From Dimorphilus gyrociliatus (taxonomy: Eukaryota > Animalia > Annelida), in assembly GCA_904063045.1 (NCBI GenBank), contig CAJFCJ010000006.1, positions 3,364,408 to 3,428,407 on the forward strand: a DNA stretch of 64,000 bases, read 5' to 3'. Below, one piece after another: positions 11,150 to 23,539 of the stretch. Made by a program: the position numbers and the translations under genes. How positions within the stretch are numbered: the stretch's first letter is position 1; each line of letters begins with the position of its first letter. The notes beneath the pieces were generated by a model, which saw only the letters and a list, made by a program, of their open reading frames with translations, did not search any database and had not been told where the DNA came from.

Positions 11150-13394
11150 TTAGAATACAAGCTCAGAATTGGTCCTGATTAAATTTTCTTTATCGTTATC
11201 TTTGGCAACACTTAACTGAACGCCTTTACCGAAGCGGCGATAGGTGGCACTATTGGTCCATAAATTTTTCCTTCTTCTTAGGTACTTTAAGCAAGCGGAT
11301 TCTGAAGAACTTTGTATTCTTACAACCATACTATCAGCAGTTATACTTGAACCAAGTACGTCATCTGTCGATACGATAACTTTTGCCGAATAATCAGCTT
11401 CTTTTTCTGCGTTGTCATAACAACATAAGCGTCTCTTCCTGGTTCTATTTGTAATATAAAAGCAAGCCCCCTCTGTCCTACAACTGCCAATATGTCTACT
11501 TCCCATCATTGGACAGTCAGTTAACATGCTGCGTAGTCCACTGCCGTTTTCATCTAATTGTTGACCAATCCAATTTTTAAACCATTCTTCTACTATTTCG
11601 TGGAACATCATCTATACATAGAACATTAAAAAAATTGAAAAAGATAGAAACTGTTACAAAAGAAGATATTCTATTTTAGATATTTATTTGTCTATTTTAA
11701 AGAATAGTTTAAAAATAACAAAATTACTTCAACGCAAAAGGATTCGCCTTCTTCTATAAGTCTTCCAATTTGTTCCAGCATGCCTAGGAGCGGTTGACGA
11801 ATTGCGTCGTGCGCAGTATTGAGAATTACAGCCAGTTTTGCTGCGGGGTGTGATATTAAATAGGGCTACATCGTTTCAGGAAAATCTCTTATTTCAACTC
11901 ATTTTTTCATTTAGCTTGTTAATTCAAAACTAAACTACAAATCAGTTTTCTTACCACTTATCCTTATAGTAAGATTGTCTCCCACTTTAACAATGCACTC
12001 GGCATCGACCTTTCTCACTATAGGCTGACTGAGATAATTTTCTCGTAAATTCTCCAGCATTTCTCTGCGACGGCTGTGACAAAAAAAGCGACAAGATATT
12101 AGACAAATAGAAAAGAGGGTTGAAGGGGAAGCGAGAGGTAAGAGAGTTAGTTGGGAAAAAAAAACAATCTTTTAATGTAGGCCTAGGAGATCGAGCTCGT
12201 TAAAAACGTATAAATTCGGGTTTCGGTCCTTGTTCTTCACAACTGGTACCACTTCTTTATTAACTAGTTCTAGAGAAAAGATATTCTTTACATTTCGAGG
12301 GGAAAAATTATTATTTAGTTAAGGCCGACTTTAAAATCGATTTATGGATTCCTTTTACCGGTTATCAATCTATTTGAAAACCACTATCAATAACATTCTA
12401 TGGAACACTACGAAAAGATTTAGCTAAGCATGTATCCAAAGAGGCTGAGAATTTAAAGGAGGAATAATGATTAAGCACGCAATTAATGATGATTGTAAAG
12501 GAGGGACCCTGGCTAATCAAGAGGAAATCAGTTTTAAGATTTTTTTTAGATTAATAAAAAAAATTTAACGTATTTTTCGTTAAATATATTTAAGAGGCAG
12601 CAGAAGTTTTTAGGTTTATTTCCTCCCCTCACCCTTCCTTTGGAGCGACAGTGAAATATCTAGTAACATTTGTTTGTTTATTCCGTGCTCTTTTCTTCCT
12701 ATTCCGTAATAAGAAAAGTTTACTTTTCGCCTACGGACCTTTACTAAACGATTAGCGTCTAACGAACTCTTTCAACTGCTAAAGCTCGCAGTCGGGGATA
12801 GTTTGAGCCGATTTTGCTAATTGTAAATCTTGAAATTGTTAAACTATATAACGTAAACATCTATTAGTTCTGAAAAAAGACTCTTACGTGCCAAAATAAA
12901 CGGACATCTAGAAGAGGATTCTGAATTGATTTGGAATACAAAATTTCAGTTGCGAATGGTATCAATAGCTCATCTACAGTCCGAATCAATGATTGAGTTC
13001 TGTCGGGTCTCTTTCTCTCTCTTATTCTCTCAACTTTAAAACTCAAGAAGTGTGAATTTGAATTAGTCACGCGATTTCATTGTGCTTTTGCATCAGATCA
13101 CAAAAGAAATCGAAAACCGATTCAGTAAACAGAATCTGCATTTTAACTTGTTTTTCTTTTGACATTTTTCCAACTGCTTACCTGCTTATTAAACCATCTT
13201 CGTCGTATAAATATAAATGGGAGCATTCTTCTGTATTATCGTCATTCTTTTTTACAACGTCATCCAAAACCGTTGGATCGGCTTCGAAATCCTGCCAATG
13301 CAGCAGAGTGATTGCAGTCGTATCCATATAACGCCCGCAATTGCAAGGACAAACTCTACCGTTGGCCGCCGCTATTGCAATGCGCGCCAAGCAT
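11150..13394 (-). CDS. Multi-exon protein of unknown function (about 330-350 aa); 5' end uncertain (ATG at 13327 or an upstream exon)
   Basis: The last four coding exons (about 13025-12890, 12076-11956, 11840-11728, 11611-11150) join in frame through canonical sites: VERIRERK...LFWH/RRREMLENL...IRIS/AKLAVIL...FCVE/MMFHEIVEEW. The first-to-second exon join is ambiguous. Confidence 0.65.
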
Positions 13395-13597
13395 CTGCAA
13401 AAAAAAAACACCGCCCTTGTTTGCTGCCTTTTTTCCTAGCCCTCGCCTTTCTTTTTTTTTAACATTCTAAATAGTGGTGTACGAGTTACGAAAAAGTAAG
13501 CCTACGTATGTCGCTTTTCTCACCAACGACTACATATAAATTATTCAATGTTAATTTTCAACGAAAATCGTGTTTATTGAACGAAAAAGAATACGGT

Positions 13598-15847
13598 CTA
13601 ATAAGAAGAGTAGTTATTGAGCCTGAAAAAAAAACTCAGATAAACAAATGCAAATAATTAAAATGTAATGTAAAAACCTAAATAAAAATGCTCTTCCACC
13701 GCGGTTTCCTACGCTAAAGTAACCGCTATTCAATGAAAAGTCTAAACATGTTGGAACTCCCAGACGTTTACGAAACGGTGGAAAATTTGAGAAAACTGTC
13801 AAAGACTCCACATGCACCTGTTGGAAGAAAATTAAGTTTTTAGAAAAAAAAATTTCTTTGCAAAATTCAATTACTAAGAATTTTACTATAAAAAGAAAAC
13901 TAACTAGTTTGCAAGCATTGGCTTCTGACTCCGATGCGCAGGCTAAAATCTCGCTTGTGTTATTAAATTTCAGAAGTGTACAACTGGTTGTTAAATTCAT
14001 CAAACTTTTGACGGGAGATGGCGTTGCTGTACCGCAATCCAAACCGTCCTGATCGTATATATTGATTACACCGGTTGATGAGCTAGTAAGTGAAATGAAG
14101 AAAAAAAAATAATACTATTAGGCTAACGAAAAGAAAATTGATGAAATGTGAATGCTAACCCGCAGGCTAAGTATTGTCCATTTTTAGATGCTGCTATAGA
14201 CGTCCCTATTAAAGCACCTTCATCAATGAATTTCCTTAGACACTGTCGCCTGTTGAGGTCCCAAATGTATACTTCTGCATCGTTGCCACAAGAATAGAGT
14301 CGAGATCCGTCCGAATTGAAATCGAAATCTAATACTTTTCCATTCATTTTTAATGAATCAATTCTTTCTTTTGTCTGTTGGAAAGAGATATACCTTCAAA
14401 CCGAATATATCATTAGAGAATAATACTTACATCCGTTGTTATAACATGCATAAATCCATTATTACCACGCACAACGAAATATTTACCGCAGGGAGATACT
14501 TTAAAATATGTTGTGTCTAAATCGTTGCTTCCTGAATGCAAAACAAAATGTGTAATACAAATATTAAAAAAAAGATCAGTAAGCGATTTAGCAATACCGA
14601 AGTTACTTCTCAGATGATTTATTCGATTAATCTTCCCTTCAATCATATCGTAGCAGTGAAATGCATTTCCTTTTGATCCAATCAATATCTGACACAAAAT
14701 GAAATTAATGATAATACGATGATAAATTGAAGACTATTTGGATTTTTTACTTCTTTGCCATTCTTTGTAAAATGACACGAATAAATAGGACATTTCTTCA
14801 ATTCCACAGTTTGTATTAGGGGATTATATTTACCATCGATCTGAAAAATCAAATGTCAATATTTCAAATACAATCATTTTCAATTAATTGATAGCTTACT
14901 TCAAAAAGTTTTACAGAATTTTCTACTTTATCGGAACTTAAAAAGACTTGCGCATTAGGATGAAATTCAACATTTCTCAACTGTCCCTAATTTATTAATA
15001 AGAGTTAGTTTAATATTAATAGAGCTATGCATCTATACTTTCGAACGTCTTTCCTTATTTGCATCTGTCACGCGCTTGATGTGAAGAAGTCCAGCTGAAA
15101 GAGTTCCTGATTTGTTTGTTAAATAGGTATCAGTGCTTTTCAAAAGTTCTTCTATATCACTTTCGTCTTCGCTTTCTATTAATAATAAGATAAAAGTCTG
15201 GTAAAAAATAAATAAGAGAAATGAAATATAAGATATTTACCCTCTGATTTCCTTCTTTTATTTATTTTTTGAGCGGCCCAAGTTTTTTTCCCCATAGCGT
15301 CTTCAAAACTAAAACACACAGCTAAAACTTTGTACGCCTAAAAGAAATTATGAAAATGAAATTACTTTTTACGCAATATTTTCGAATAGGATGCATTCGT
15401 GACAGTTTTCTTAAGTTTTCTTTTCCGGGTTGCCAGCCTTTCAGTTATTTCATATCTAAAATTAAGTTATTATTCTGTCAGTATAATATATCAAGTGCAG
15501 AAACAATTGAAGCATTATATATTACTCGTCATCGTCTTCATCATCTTCATCAATCCATGCCGCTTCAGGTAATTTATCTGATTGCTCAGTAACATCAGCT
15601 TCTGCCTTCTAATAAAGATGTATTTCAGTTATGTTAATTGGTAAGCTGTATTGATGGGAATTAGAACTGATAATGTTACCTTTTCGTTTAATATTTGATT
15701 ATGTTCACTCGGCTGAGATTTTCCAAAGATTAAACTTTCTAAGTCCTTTTCATCTTTGGTTTTTGGTTCATTTTCAATTATTTTTAAAAATGAAGTACGA
15801 CTTTTGTCTTCCTTTTTCAATTTTTGTTGTTTTAATTTCTTTCCCAT
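13598..15847 (-). CDS. UTP18: U3 snoRNA-associated protein 18 (WD40), about 10 short exons
   Basis: EKDLESLIFG, AAWIDEDDE, YIWDLNRRQCLRKFIDEGALIGTSIA, VKSLMNLTT, TVFSNFP, and terminal GRAFLFRLNNYSSY. Confidence 0.9.
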
Positions 15848-17075
15848 CTGAACTTTATTCCAATAACAAAATCCTTCGAAAAACAGGCGTGCAAAATTTG
15901 TGCAAATTTCCTGTTCCGGTTAATAAACGTTTTACGATTTATTTTCTGCGGTTCTAAAACTCAGTGGAAAAAATTGCTTACGCGCCAAAATAATTAAATG
16001 TATTGTTGATTTGAAGGTTGTTTTTTTCTAATGCTTAATGATATTTTTTGTGTTTACAAAAAAAGCGCGTTCATGAATATTTAATTAAGCACATACGAAA
16101 TTTAAGAACATTTGAGTTTGTATTTGATGTTGATACTTCTGTCAGCGAATTCATATTGAACCAATAAAATTAAATAGTAAAAACATTTTCTAGTTGAGAA
16201 GTCATATTTTTCTAATTAACCAACAATAAAAATTTAATACAATTGAAGAGAAATCAACAGTCGTGAGTGTTAGCTATATAAAAAAAATACTCTAATATTT
16301 TTGAACTAACCAGTATAGGATGCCATCTACTGTATAAAACATGATATAACTGTTGTACATAAGGCGTCTGTTTTTTTTGTGCCTAATTAATATGAATATG
16401 CAACATTATCACTTTTTAATATATTTAAAAATGTACTCAAAATAGAAATAACCCAACATTTTTATGAAAGAGATGATAAATAAAAAAGAAAAAAAAAGTT
16501 CACTGACGGGAGGCAACAGATGCATGAGGGAATGAAACAACTGTATGAAAGGGGTAAATATGTAACTTAAACAAATCGGAAAGCTTATTGATACGATCTA
16601 GGGTATAAATATAAATATTGAAATAATTTATATATCGTAATTTGCTAGTATTTTAATAGAAAATTGACTTTTTGATTAGAAACAGAAAGGAAAGTAAAGA
16701 TAATTTTCAGGGATAAAATACATTGTATTATATTTAACTAGAAATTTCTGGAAGGGAATGTTAACTTAGGCAGTTGTAAAAATATGTTTAAGTTTTTTCA
16801 ACTAAAGAGAGTTTTTATAAGAATACGAAAGAAAAGGAAATATACAGCAGAGAGGAATTTAGTATATGATTAAAAGAAAGGATATTTTGCATGTTTTATA
16901 GTTTTTCTTCTACAAATAAATACTTAAATGTCAAGTATATTATCATAATTTCCATAGATAATCATATCTCAATACAAAAATTAGAGTATTTACTCCAAAA
17001 CAATCACACTAATAGAACATTACGGAGAGTGGGAAGAGGAAGAATGGGGAAGAACTAGAGGATTATGTTCATTAA

Positions 17076-20000
17076 TTAAGAGTGTGGTATCATTCCACCT
17101 TCCATAAAAAATTTTCGTCTTGCAATGGCTGTAGGGGATAGAGTTTGAGATGATAATATTCTCCTAGGTGGTGACGTTCCGTCATAATCTCCTCTATAAG
17201 AAATTAAGGTTTTATCTTTATCAAAATGCTCGACGATTTCCTTTAATTGTTTGTTAACTGTTGCTACTTCCTCTTCCAATTTCCGTATACTTCTTGTTTG
17301 CCTAGTAATCTGGTTTTGTATATTAAAATCGATTTCTTCACCCTCCGGGGATGCTACTTTTATTTTAGAATTATCTTTTCCGGATAAAAAATTTCCTAAA
17401 CGCTCGAGAAAAGATAAAGAACTTTTATTCGGTTGTACTTGTAACTGTCTTTTGTATACTCTTCTCTGTAAAAAACCAGGTAGCATATTTTCGGTATAGC
17501 CCAAAAGATCGACTTGCATAGATAACCTTTGAACGTGTGCATTGGCCTGAATTTGACCAATATCTCCAACAGCTATACCAATCAACAGATTCATAAGTAC
17601 AACGGGCATAATGAAGAGAAATATAGCCAAAAGAAAATAAACATCCGTGTCAAAAGGCTGGAATTTTTTAAACTTTTTTAAGAAATCATCCTGAAAATCT
17701 ATTTCACCCAAGGTCATAATAAAGACTTGATAAAGAGTTGTTATCATATCTCTAAAAGGGTTGATCTCACTATGATCCTTTTCGATTATCACGTGGAAGC
17801 ACATGGAAAAGGCTAACAAAAAAAAGAGGAACATGAGAACAGCTTTCATCAAAGAGGCCAATACTTGAAGAAACATAATTATATAAATTCCTATATAAGG
17901 AACCCTTCTTAAATAAAGAGTAAGGTTTAGCCATACGAAGAATATGGTTATCCAACCGGATCTTCTGTAATATTCACAAGGTGACTTATTGTGTATGGTG
18001 AAGAGGATGGTGGAGATGATAACCGCAATTGCACACCAATTGTCGACTATTACTAAACTGGCAAGTTTTTGTTGGTAGATTGTTAGCATTTCGCGGCAGC
18101 AAGAAATTATGACAAGTATAAAAAGTAAGGCTTGAGTTATCCTAGTTGAGATAAGGAAATCCTGCTTTGCAGTAAGATAGAAAGTATCACTTGTAATATT
18201 GGGATAACAATCTGTTCCATTTCTGGCTTGTAAATTACCCTTGGCATGCAGGTAAAGTACAGTCAAATATACAATATAAAAAAGAACATTCATGGCGCAC
18301 ATTTTTCTTCCAAAAGAATTCCATTTATAGGCCATATTTGCTTGGCAAATGGGATGAGAAAGTAGCTTCTCTCTCCTGTATGTGGCCATTGTCTAAAAAG
18401 TTTGAAATAGTAAAATTTTATCTCAAGTGGAGAAGTACTCTGTATATTTAACTCTATCACCTTTAAGGCGTAATAGCGTTGGTTTGCCTGATTTAACTCG
18501 TCTGGACCAGGATCTAAATACCTAAAATCATATAGAACTGTTAAAGATGGATCAGAATCGTCCAAGTTAGACTTTTGGGATGTGTTATCCAATAAAATCT
18601 GAAATAAAAGCATATAAAAGAAAAATTTACAAAGTCTTTTAATAATGCAGTAAGAGGACCTTTGCGGCTTCCGGTAATTTGATAATAAGTTTCTCGAGAG
18701 GGGACATACCAACTTCATCCTTCATTTCCATACACTCTCTCCAGCTTTAATATTGGAGGATTAGAAATAGAAATCGTTATTAATTAGTAATTACTTGTAT
18801 TAATTAAAGTCAGTTATTTACCATCTATGCTTTAGCATAGTAATTGCTACTTCTTGCTGGAAATTTTCAATGGAAATATCCAAAGGCGTCTGATTTTGAG
18901 AATTTCTCACCGTGACATCCGCCCTGGCGTCTAATAGAGCGAGAACAATTTGAACATGTCCGTTGGCACACGCATAATGAAGGGATGTATTTTTTAGGCG
19001 GTCATTTGCTAGTACATCTGCATGGTTAAGTAAGAGTAGTTGAATTGTTGAAGTGTGACCCGTTGCGGAGGCCAGCATTAAAGGGGTGCAGTAGTGATCA
19101 TCCCTATTGGATAGGTCAGCCCCATGGCTTAGCAGGAGAGATAATATTTTATTATGACCTGATAAGCAGGCCAAATGGAGCGGTGTTCGACCGTCAACAT
19201 CGCTATCGTTTGTCTCTTGCCCTGATTTATCTAACAGGGCTTTAACGCACTCATAATGACCGTATTTAGCAGCATAGTGAAGTGACGCTCTCTCATCCCT
19301 GTCCTTAGCACCCACTTCTGCATTGTTAGACAACATCAGTTTTAGAATATCTAAATTGCCTTTTTTCGCAGCGTAATGTAGGGCAGACATATCCGAATAG
19401 TCTTTCATCTGAATCAACCTTGTTCTTCCGTATTTTATTAGAATAACGGCACATTCGTATTGTCCATTTTCTACAGCCCAGTGAAGAGCCGTTTTATCAA
19501 AGACATCAATTTCATATATATTTTCATGATCAGTCCTCTCTAAAAGAAACTTAACCGCGTCTACTTGACCTTTCCAAGCTGCTAAATGAATTGGTAATAG
19601 ACCATCTCTATCCTTTCTATTAGCTGAAGCTCCTCTTTGTAATAATACTTCCAGTGTCTTGACATGATTATATTGGGATGCCCGATGTAATGGTGTGCAA
19701 TCTTCTAAATCAACACAATCAATAATTGCCTGTAGTTTTATGTACAATTAATAGTAATAATGCAAATATATAACTACTTATAAACAAATATGGAATACAT
19801 AGTAATCGAGAATGAGGGAGACGACTGCTGTAAGACCCTGGGCGGAGGCGAGATGAAGGGCTGTAACACCGTTTTCCTGGCCAAAAAAATAAAGAAGATT
19901 TTTGTTTTCTCCCAAGAATTTATATTAAAAGAAGAGTATACTTTTCTTTCCATCACGTTAGCTCCCTTATCCAACAGGAATTTGATAGTCTGATAAAGTA

Positions 20001-21163
20001 AAGTAAAGAAGAACACATTGTTAAAACCGAATAGACAACGGGAGTTTTATTTAAGTGAAACCTCGTATTGTTGATTTTGAATGGCTAAGTGTAATGCAGT
20101 AGCCCCTTCAATGTCTTTATGATTAACGAGTTCTTCGCAAACTTTATTCATATTCTCGGCTGTATCGAACAATTCGTGTACGTATTTGTTTGTTTGTGTT
20201 GTTCTCTGTTTGTTTGTTCGTTGTTCAATATTTGTAAGCTTATTTACCGTAATCGAAGATTTTTTGAAGAACACCGTTATGTCCATCTGCCGCTGCCAGC
20301 ATAATAGGTGTCATATTGTTGCAGTCGGTTGCCATGAGATTAGCTCCCCGAGATATCTGTTTATTAGGCGAAATAAAACTATTTGTTCAGTAATATTTTT
20401 ACTACTGGCTCTTATCACATACCAGAACGTCTACTAATTCGGCGTTTCCGTTTACGCTAGCCATATGTAAAGGCGTTGTATTGTCTATATCGGGCCAATC
20501 AACGTAGCAATCTGGTAAAGAGGTTAACATCTTTACCAAAGTGACATGACCTCTCCGTGCAGCGTAATGGAGAGCTGTTCGACTCTTGTTGTCTTTCGCG
20601 TTCTTGTCTGCTCCAGCTTGCAGGAGGCACGCAACAGCCTTTTCACTTTGGTATAGGGCTCCTATATGTAGTGGAGTTTGTTCCTCACCAGCACTACGAA
20701 CGTCAACTTGAATACCCCCGATTGAGCAGAGGAATACTACAACTTCATCTTGATTATATCGGGTTGCATGATGGAGAATACTCAGACCATCTTCATCGAG
20801 GTCATTAACTCGAAAACTATAATCCGTTTCGAACTTTTGACGTAATATTTCCACTAAGCCTTCCCGGGCAGCTTGATAAGGATTGTAGTTTTTAGCATCA
20901 AGCAAGTTGACACTACTTCCCATGTGCTTGGACAAGAGCCTTTTGGATCTTAGTCGTTTCCTCGTACTGAAGCTTGATATGGCAAGGGTAGTAGCCTTTA
21001 GCGAGTGCCCCCGCTTGTGACCATTTGAAAATCCTGAAGCAATAGACTTCCGAGTTACCATTTCGAAAGCTTCGCTGACAGTTCTTCTAACTCCTGATTT
21101 CTTTCTCTTTCTGTCCTCTTCGTACTGCACAGAATAGAATCGTACTTTTCGCCGTTCCGACAT
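17076..21163 (-). CDS. TRPA1: TRPA1-like ankyrin-repeat cation channel (possible extra N-terminal exons up to 22837)
   Basis: Many ankyrin repeats (TPLH/TALH motifs), LLSHPIC...KWNSFG pre-S1, six TM segments, pore MTLGEIDF, and S6 LMNLLIGIAVGDI. Confidence 0.9.
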
Positions 21164-23150
21164 ATCTTTTACAAAAAGTTGTACAGAATATCACTATACC
21201 AGGCCTTTGAATATCTGATATCTCAGTTCATATACAAGCGGATATATGTACATGCATATGTATGTATACACTTTACAAATATACATATTAGGGCTATATG
21301 TATAAATAAAAGTATACGCACATACTTACATACATATATGCATATGTGTACTACAAACTATATAAAGTATATAAACTGCATAACTGGCTGGTTTGTAGTC
21401 GGTGCTATCGAGTGTCTGTGTTTCTGCGAATGATAAATCTTGTTTCTTGTAACTTCTATAATTAAACAGTACCGTCTGGTGTATGTATTTATATAACTAT
21501 ATAGATTCTGTTTATAGATATATAAAAGTATTCATTTTTACTTTCGAATCTATTGTTGATACATAAAATTAGAATTATGAGTTTAGACACTGATAGACAA
21601 CATTTCTTTCTATTTTGACTAAACTATTTTTGATAAGGGTTTTAGTAATTTTCCTATAGTCCAGTTTGTCCCTTCAAAGGCCTTTGGTTAGTCTAAGTAC
21701 AAACAACTGGCTCTGATTTTCTTATTACACAGTTTATTCCTAGTTAGTCGGATAGTAAGAGTTTTATGGTTGATGGAATACGAGAAAATAAGAAAACTTT
21801 TTCTTACAAACAAAATTTGTTTAATAAGAATTTTACCTATTTTAAATGAGGTGAAAAAATGACATTTAAACGATTAATTATCATTAATACAACACTTAAG
21901 CTTTGGTAATTAACATTATTTCAGTTTAATTTGGAAAGTATTTAAAAGACCTTATTTACATATACAAATACTGTACATACTTTAGATGCATTTTTACATC
22001 TTCTAACTATGTATCTATGTATAAATATATATATAAACTAATATATATTTATATATATATATATATTTAACATAAAGCGTTTTTATCTTTTACATGGACG
22101 AATAAATTACTGTAGAAAAAAGCGAAAATGTTCTTATACTCGCCTTTTTCTTTCCTTAGCCAGTTAAAATATGGGAGGAGGGAATTTTTAATCGACCTCG
22201 CAGCAAAGTTCTACAGCGACTGCACCATTGCGGTACGTTACAGGCTGTATCTCGGTTTATCTGTAGCGAAACCCCCCTATACATACTATACCATAAGTCT
22301 ATTAGATTTACGTATATTAACAGCTAACAGAAAATGGTCCGTTAGTAAAAAATTCTTTCTTTTCTCTCTTTATTTATAATACTAATAATACAAATCAAAA
22401 ATCAAAAGGAAATACTTAAGTTTCTTACTCTTTTACTCTCTAAAATAAGTGTCTGTCTCCCTGACTTATTCTCATTCTCCCACTTTCCTCCTTCTTTACA
22501 AAGTATTTATAGAATTTTATCTTAAACTAGGAAGCCTTATTATGTATAAAACAAATAGATCGAAAGAGTTTATTTAAGGAAATAATCAAAGATTCTATGG
22601 GATGGTAGATGATTTGAAATTCGTTGTTATTGCAATTCTAAATTTGATATAGTAATAATTGTAAAATATAAAAAGAGACTTTGTTATATAAATATTTCAA
22701 CATATAAGCAGTTTTTTGGATATAAACCGCCATGAAAATTTCTGCTTTCGTTTAAAGGAACCCTAGAAAGGTTTTGGCTGACGTAAAGTTTACAAATAAT
22801 TTGTTTGACGTAAGTAATTTACAGGAGATTTTTCCATTTCGCCTTCTTATTCACAGTCTTATCTACATATAAATGAACAGTAGAATTTCTGGATTACTAT
22901 GAAGAACCTTTAGGAAAAAACTCGCGGGATAACACCTACCTATCTTTTACCGTATTTTCTTTTTTCTAGAATACTAAACAAATAAATTTTATCCTTTTAT
23001 TTATATATTTTCTCTCTCTCTCTCTATGATTTTTAGTATATAAAACTACGCAAAAGTCCACATAGAAACGCCTGTAGAAAGTTTTAATATAAAACAAACA
23101 ACTGTCTAAACTGAATATATCCAAAATATCTACTTTTTATAAGTCTATTA

Positions 23151-23184
23151 ACAACAGATGTCGCCTTATTTGGTAGCGACACCT
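23151..23184. promoter_or_regulatory. Pair of opposed CTCF-variant motifs (CAGATGTCGCC ... AGCGACACCT)
   Basis: Two GC-rich motifs of opposite orientation in AT-rich intergenic DNA between SLC5 and TRPA1. Confidence 0.3.
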
Positions 23185-23539
23185 ATAAAACTAAATCTTT
23201 AATAGCTTTGAAGGATTTACGCTTCCGTGATGTATTTTATCTTATTTTTATTTTCGTGGACCAATCTATCTCTCTTTGTCTTTTCTGCAGACTTTCAAAA
23301 TTAAAAGAGAGAAAAAAAAGACGCTCAAGAGAGATTTATTAATTTCGCGTCAAACAAAATCGCTAGATACTTAATCAAATGCGTTCTCGGTTCATTTTTC
23401 AATCGTAGAAAAACTGTATTGAAAAGTAAAAACAGGAATTTTGATAGACAAAGTGATATAAAAAACAATATCGAAAAAAAAACATTCATTTCCTATAGAG
23501 GTTAAAAGGAAACGAAAATCGTTATTTATACTAATTTCA

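Noticed and set aside
11728-11840. BH3/BH2-like words in the unknown minus-strand gene (LEQIGRLI; also NWIGQQLDENG in the last exon)
   Set aside because: No BH1 NWGR, no BH3 Asp and no C-terminal TM, so it is not supportable as a Bcl-2 family member.
13598-15847. Intronic snoRNAs in UTP18
   Set aside because: The introns are only about 50-70 nt, and no C/D or H/ACA boxes were seen.
21240-21370. TA/CA-rich low-complexity tract in the TRPA1 upstream intron
   Set aside because: Ordinary degenerate microsatellite.
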